DNA of 22,205 bases from positions 1 through 22,205 of the forward strand of contig JAXMOL010000077.1 of the NCBI GenBank assembly GCA_034669905.1, written 5' to 3'. This DNA is from Candidatus Hydrogenedentota bacterium. Its GTDB lineage: Bacteria; Hydrogenedentota; Hydrogenedentia; Hydrogenedentales; JAEUWI01. Within the stretch, counting starts at the first letter, position 1. Each line of letters begins with the position of its first letter. Below are positions 18,812 to 22,205 of this stretch, piece by piece. The position numbers and the translations under genes are program-made. The notes below the pieces were generated by a model that made no database searches, was not told the origin of the DNA, and saw nothing but the letters and a program-made list of their open reading frames with translations.

Positions 18812-20017
18812 ATGAATTTCCCAAGGCGAATGTGTTTGGTGGCGATCGGGATTTTAGGGGCGCTGACCCCCACGGCGCAAGCCGATCAGGCCTATTTGAA
18901 GGACGGCTCGATGTTGGTCGGAACGATACAGGAGCTCAGCGAGAATGTGCTCCATTTTGACACCAACTTTGGCGGCTCCCTGACCATTCCATGGGAGCAA
19001 CTCACGGGCCTTTCCAGCGAAGGCGCCTTTGTGGTCAGCCTGACCACCGGTGATCGTGTCGTGGGCATTCTCAACGCCACGGATGGCCAGCAGTTCGTAC
19101 ACGCCACGGCCCTGGGCGATGTTCTGGTTCCCCTGGCCGACGTGGGCGGCATCTGGCCACAGGACAAGACCCCGGAAGTCGATACGGCAGTAAAAGACGA
19201 AGCCGTCCAGGCCATGCAGGAGGACTATGAGAACCAAATCGCCGAGCTGGAGAAAAGCCAGCGCCTGACGCTGAAAGAACTTTGGTCGGGCCGGGCGGAG
19301 TTTGGACTGAATGGTCAGTCGGGCAACAAAGAGCGCGTCGATGTGCGGCTGGGTATTGACCTGAACCGCAACACCGAAAGAGAGCGGCTTAACCTCTACC
19401 TCAAAGGCCAGTACGCCGAGACCAACAGCGAAAAGTCGGCCAACGAAGTCATGGGCGGTGCCCGCCTGGAAGTGGACTTCAGCGAGCGGACCTATGTCTA
19501 CAGCAAGGTAGACCTGGAATACGACGAGTTTGAGGACTTGGATTTGCGGGCCACGCTCACAGCGGGTATCGGTCACTTTTTCATCAAGCGAGAAAAGCTC
19601 GAACTCAAGGGCTGGGTGGGTGTAGGTTATGAGCACGAGACCTTCACCAAAGAGCCCGAGCCCTTACCCACCCCTTCGACCTTTGAAGAAGCCCTGCGCC
19701 AGGCCCTCATCCGCGCCCGGGAAGACAACAATGATGCCACCAGCGAAAATGAAGCGGTCGTCGAACTCGGATATACCTTCCGGAAAGACGTGCGTAAGCA
19801 CTTCCGCCTGAAACACGGCTTGACCTATTACCCATCCCTCAGCGACCCCTTCGAAGAATATCGCCTGGCCGCCGACACGGCGATGGAATTTCCTTTGGGC
19901 AAAGAACCCGATTGGACCCTGCGCTCGGGGATTCGACACGAATACGATTCCCGGCCCCGTGAGGGCATCGACAAACTCGACACCACCTATTACTTAAATC
20001 TCGGATACAACTGGTAA
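18812..20017 (+). CDS. DUF481/YdiY-like outer-membrane beta-barrel protein with N-terminal soluble domain
   Basis: Signal peptide ending AQA/D; N-domain D..YLKDGS...G; barrel begins WSGRAEFGLNGQSGN; EYDEFEDLDLR; C-terminal beta-signal YYLNLGYNW; RBS AAGGAG. Confidence 0.85.
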   Translation: MNFPRRMCLVAIGILGALTPTAQADQAYLKDGSMLVGTIQELSENVLHFDTNFGGSLTIPWEQLTGLSSEGAFVVSLTTGDRVVGILNATDGQQFVHATALGDVLVPLADVGGIWPQDKTPEVDTAVKDEAVQAMQEDYENQIAELEKSQRLTLKELWSGRAEFGLNGQSGNKERVDVRLGIDLNRNTERERLNLYLKGQYAETNSEKSANEVMGGARLEVDFSERTYVYSKVDLEYDEFEDLDLRATLTAGIGHFFIKREKLELKGWVGVGYEHETFTKEPEPLPTPSTFEEALRQALIRAREDNNDATSENEAVVELGYTFRKDVRKHFRLKHGLTYYPSLSDPFEEYRLAADTAMEFPLGKEPDWTLRSGIRHEYDSRPREGIDKLDTTYYLNLGYNW

Positions 20018-20049
20018 GCGCGCCCCCGGCCCTGCCTGAGGATTTTCTC

Positions 20050-20175
20050 ATGGATTTTGAAGACCAATTACAAGCCCTTATCGACGCCTTTATTACCGTA
20101 CTGCTCGACGTGCTTCAGGATTATTTTGGCGAAGTCTTTGCGCTGATAGATTTGATTCAGCAATTTACGTCGTAA
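20050..20175 (+). CDS. Small (41 aa) acidic amphipathic hypothetical protein, absent from the ORF track
   Basis: MDFEDQLQALIDAFITVLLDVLQDYFGEVFALIDLIQQFTS*. GAGGA lies 7 nt before the ATG, the ORF starts 32 nt after the barrel stop, and a strong hairpin follows directly. Confidence 0.6.
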   Translation: MDFEDQLQALIDAFITVLLDVLQDYFGEVFALIDLIQQFTS

Positions 20176-20188
20176 CATTTGAACACGT

Positions 20189-20215
20189 GCGGGACCCTAC
20201 AGGGTCCCGCGCTTT
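20189..20215. terminator. Hairpin terminator between convergent units (possibly bidirectional)
   Basis: Perfect inverted repeat GCGGGACCCT (20189-20198) / AGGGTCCCGC (20201-20210), then GCTTT. It lies between stops at 20175 (+) and 20214 (-). Confidence 0.7.
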
Positions 20216-20381
20216 AGGTTTCCGCTACTACCAGCGCCCAGCTGAGCTTAAACTTCGCCAGATACTTCCCCAAACGGTCGGCGTCATTCGTAGACTTCCG
20301 CTTTTCCCGCGACACGGCGAATAAGGTCCGGCCCGCCTCGGAAAGGCTGCGACTGTCATGACATACCCGCACCACCTCAGC
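20214..20381 (-). pseudogene. rtcR: 3' remnant of RNA-repair transcriptional activator RtcR (C-terminal HTH only)
   Basis: Manual translation AEVVRVCHDSRSLSEAGRTLFAVSREKRKSTNDADRLGKYLAKFKLSWALVVAET* matches the RtcR C-terminal signature as I recall it (SLS.AGR.LF.VSR......NDADRL.KYL.F.L.W). In-frame TGA at 20387-20385; no CARF or AAA+ portion upstream. Confidence 0.8.
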
Positions 20382-20414
20382 CTGTCAAGCCCTAGGCCGG
20401 AGTAATCCAACAAC

Positions 20415-22083
20415 TCAAGTATCACTAGGTGACTTCGAGCTTTTCTTGGCTCTTGGCTTTTTTTCGAGAAAGGGGAGTCCAAGCACTTGAATCTTCTTGC
20501 TTCGTTCCCCCAACTTAAAATCCCACCTCTCTTCCATAAACTCTAAGAGCCTAATTCCTCTCTTGAGAATTTCATCAGGAGTCCATTCCATGCATTCAGT
20601 AACTTCGTTCTCCGCGTAGCACCCATAGCGGTAACCTACCACCACGTCTTTTTTACCATCAACCTTGTCAGGAAAGGGTTTATTCGAGAGGCTAGCGTTC
20701 TTCGGCTTTGAAAGAGGGAGTAGATTACCAAGCGAATGTCTTAGCGCACTCCTTTGCTTGGACGTAAACTGGCCAAACCGTGACTTCCAGTATTCATGTC
20801 GAGCACGCTGCGGATAAATGTGCTCCACCGAAATGTAATCGCTTGGGTGTTCACAAAACTCCATCCATTCAATCTTCCGGCGCATTGTTTTTGACCTATT
20901 CTGTAAGCTTTGGTTGTACTCATATAGAAAATATCGAATCTTAGACCACCTGTAGAATCCACCGGATTTAAAGGATCTAGCGACATCATCGACGAAAGAA
21001 GCCCTCTTAAGAAACTCGTTGGTCGACTCGGATATTTGCTTTATTACCTCTTCTATAGATATTTCACCTCTGTCAAGCTTTATCGCCCACCGAACCACAC
21101 TGTACTCGTGGATATCTTCTCGATCAAGATACATGTATCCGTAAAAACTCGACAAAAACTGACGTCTTTCAATCGACTTGAGTAGTTGCTGACATTTGAC
21201 AGTGTCTGCACCCTTGTCTAACGCCACCATAACTAAAGGCAAATGCGTTCCCTTTCCAAGCCGATTGAGCCTTTCAAGCCAAGAGCGTGTCTCAGCGCTG
21301 AATTCAGAATCTTGAGGGTTAAATATCCGGTACCAACAATCTACGTGTTGCTGAAGTGAGCTTACATAGTCATAAACATCCTTCAGTTCTATCTTGTCTC
21401 CAGAATTTGCGTTCTCTGTTACATTCGCTGCTATGAACTTGGTCTCAAGAAGATGGCTAGCGTAGTCAGCCCGAAGCAAGCGACCATAACGCCGCACCTC
21501 GTCTTGCGAATGCTCCCCGACAAACTCATTTCCGAAATATATTACGTAGTGATTGAGTAAAAACCTATCGTCATCCAAAGGTCTTTCTTTGTTTCGACCC
21601 AAATTGTGGTAGATGGCTTTCCAACAATCATTAATCGCTCTTCGCAATTTATCTTTCTCATAAGATTCCGTATCAAACTTCAACGATAGGTAAATGAGAC
21701 GATTCTTGAGCAACTCTAAGTAAGATAGTGGCTTTCCACGATTGTTCATCGTTTCAAATGCTACGCAGACGTCAACGTCCTCTGATATCGTAAAAATATT
21801 AAACAGTAGTTGCTGCGTCACCTTTGTGTATACGCGCTCTAACTCCTCAAGCGAACACCCCGTCAATCGCTCTACAAAGAACCGTTTAGCGTGGTCAAGA
21901 TTAAGGGTATAAACAGTTTCTTCACTGGTTGACTGTGTTGTCTTCTCACAGAATATTCTCGTCTTCAGGAACTCGTAACTTGGATTATCCCTCTCGTACC
22001 CGAAAATGTACGACCTTGATATCCCGTCATCTTTTGAATCGTAAACAAAGCGGCGCCTAATTTCCTGAACAGAGGTATAGTTA
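20415..22083 (-). pseudogene. GmrSD/SspE-like DUF262+DUF1524 restriction nuclease, 5' part separated by IS insertion
   Basis: Late DUF262 motif FETMNNRGKPLSYLELLKN and HNH-like DUF1524 SVEHIYPQ...LGNLLPLSKPKNASLSN. The early DUF262 motifs (QR, DGQQR) are absent. GC is clearly lower than in the rest of the window. The ORF-track ATG (22097) lies inside the IS inverted repeat. Confidence 0.82.
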
Positions 22084-22205
22084 GAAGTGGACCCCATTGT
22101 TTGGACACGTGATCGTGTTTCTTAAGTGTATCCGCTTTGGGGTTATGCCGATGCCTTTGCTTCGGCGCTGATTGATTGGTAGTAGAAAGTATCTGGAGTC
22201 ATCTT
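22082..22205 (-). mobile_element. Right end of an IS3-family insertion sequence, truncated by the window edge
   Basis: Minus strand 22205-22143 reads KMTPDTFYYQSISAEAKASA* (TP..Y tail typical of IS3 OrfB). It is followed by CACTTAAGAAA...GTGTCCAAACAATGGGGTCCACTTCT, an IS3-like right IR (about 22082-22107). Confidence 0.8.
22143..22205 (-). CDS. IS3-family transposase C-terminal fragment (partial)
   Basis: Manual translation KMTPDTFYYQSISAEAKASA, with stop TAA at 22145-22143. Confidence 0.65.
   Translation of the reverse strand, partial: KMTPDTFYYQSISAEAKASA

Noticed and set aside
20228..20482. 84-aa minus-strand ORF in the track
   Set aside because: Wrong frame. The recognisable coding signal here is the RtcR tail in another frame.
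1..22205. Composite transposon formed by the two terminal IS ends
   Set aside because: The two ends have different IR sequences and transposase tails, each interrupts a different gene, and the cargo is housekeeping. Independent insertions at which the assembly probably broke are more likely.

Overview
A GC-rich (about 60% by eye) bacterial chromosomal segment. The prepilin-type/DUF1559/H-X9-DG-like protein suggests a PVC-like or Ca. Hydrogenedentes-like host (inference only). Both edges are 3' ends of two different IS3-family-like elements, and each interrupts a gene: an O-methyltransferase on the left and a low-GC GmrSD/SspE-like (DUF262+DUF1524) defence nuclease on the right. Minus-strand genes: O-methyltransferase, prepilin-type protein, aldo/keto reductase, exported rhodanese, large hybrid histidine kinase, HTH-REC regulator, TPR-like membrane protein, pgi and a JAB-DinG fusion. 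Plus-strand genes: xylA, exported MsrB-MsrA and a DUF481-like beta-barrel. Elements not in the ORF track: a 41-aa acidic amphipathic ORF, an orphan rtcR 3' remnant at the edge of the low-GC defence gene (possible integration-hotspot scar), a ~205-bp REP/MITE-like palindrome, a ~420-nt structured leader and several promoters and terminators. All family calls are from motif recognition, not database searches.
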